In this document: one piece after another, positions 37,792 to 38,130 of the stretch
Numbering within the stretch: position 1 is the stretch's first letter
Layout of the letters: each line of letters opens with the position of its first letter
Source of the DNA: a bacterium
GTDB taxonomy: Bacteria; Sysuimicrobiota; Sysuimicrobiia; Sysuimicrobiales; Humicultoraceae
Direction: 5' to 3'
Assembly (NCBI GenBank): GCA_041487495.1
Contig: JBGPNN010000003.1
Coordinates: forward strand, 1 to 38,130
DNA: 38,130 bases
Program-made: the position numbers and the translations under genes
The notes under the pieces: model-generated
Databases searched by the model: none
The model's input: only the letters and a program-made list of their open reading frames with translations
What the model was told of the DNA's origin: nothing

Positions 37792-38130
37792 ATGGCGTAC
37801 ACGGACGCGGATCTCAGGTTTCTGGCGGAAGTGTTTTGGGGCGACGATTCCGGGGCCGCCGCCACCCACCTGCACCAGTGGCGCGCCGATCGGTCGAGCC
37901 TGGACCCTTGGCTCGACGACGACCGGGTGATCGAGTTGCTGATGGCCGACGATCGGGCTGTGATCGAACTTTCACCGCGGTTTCTCTTCACCCTCCTGTT
38001 GCGCCGGATCCGAGGCGATCTGGCTGTGATCCCCTATACCGTGGAACGGATCGACCGGGATGGCCGGGTGGTGGTGTTCGATGCCGGCGTCGTCCGGCAC
38101 ATGCTGGAGAACGACGCGATGTTTGGATAC
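37792..38130 (+). CDS. Hypothetical protein, 3' truncated by the window end
   Basis: SD AGGAGG, then ATG and an open frame MAYTDADLRFLAEVFW...SPRFLFTLLLRR to the window edge. Absent from the ORF track because it has no stop. Confidence 0.7.
   Translation, partial: MAYTDADLRFLAEVFWGDDSGAAATHLHQWRADRSSLDPWLDDDRVIELLMADDRAVIELSPRFLFTLLLRRIRGDLAVIPYTVERIDRDGRVVVFDAGVVRHMLENDAMFGY

Overview
This is a GC-rich bacterial chromosomal segment, densely coding, with no rRNA, tRNA, CRISPR array or transposase that I could recognise. The left arm is housekeeping: class I lysyl-tRNA synthetase (5' truncated), a D-2-hydroxyacid dehydrogenase, an EF-G paralog, dnaG, rpoD, a matrixin-type protease, ahcY and comF. 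Three features stand out. (1) An SdpABC/YitPOM-like peptide-maturation cassette at 10.1-13.3 kb: a CPBP protein, a secreted acidic precursor candidate, a strong hairpin, an SdpA/DUF5819-like protein and an HTTM protein fused to a DCC1-like CxxC domain. (2) A PyrR-type attenuator (promoter, binding loop, terminator) in front of a cytosine-deaminase-like amidohydrolase with altered catalytic residues, at 21.2-22.5 kb. (3) A cyclic-nucleotide signalling cluster at 26.5-34.0 kb: a cyclase-like DUF2652-SRPBCC protein, DUF3307, an adenylate cyclase-STAND ATPase-TPR protein, two stand-alone cNMP-binding proteins (one lacking the phosphate-binding Arg) and a FOXRED2-like flavoprotein. The rest is amino-acid metabolism, transport, redox and hypothetical genes. 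All family calls come from motifs recognised by eye; no database search was run.
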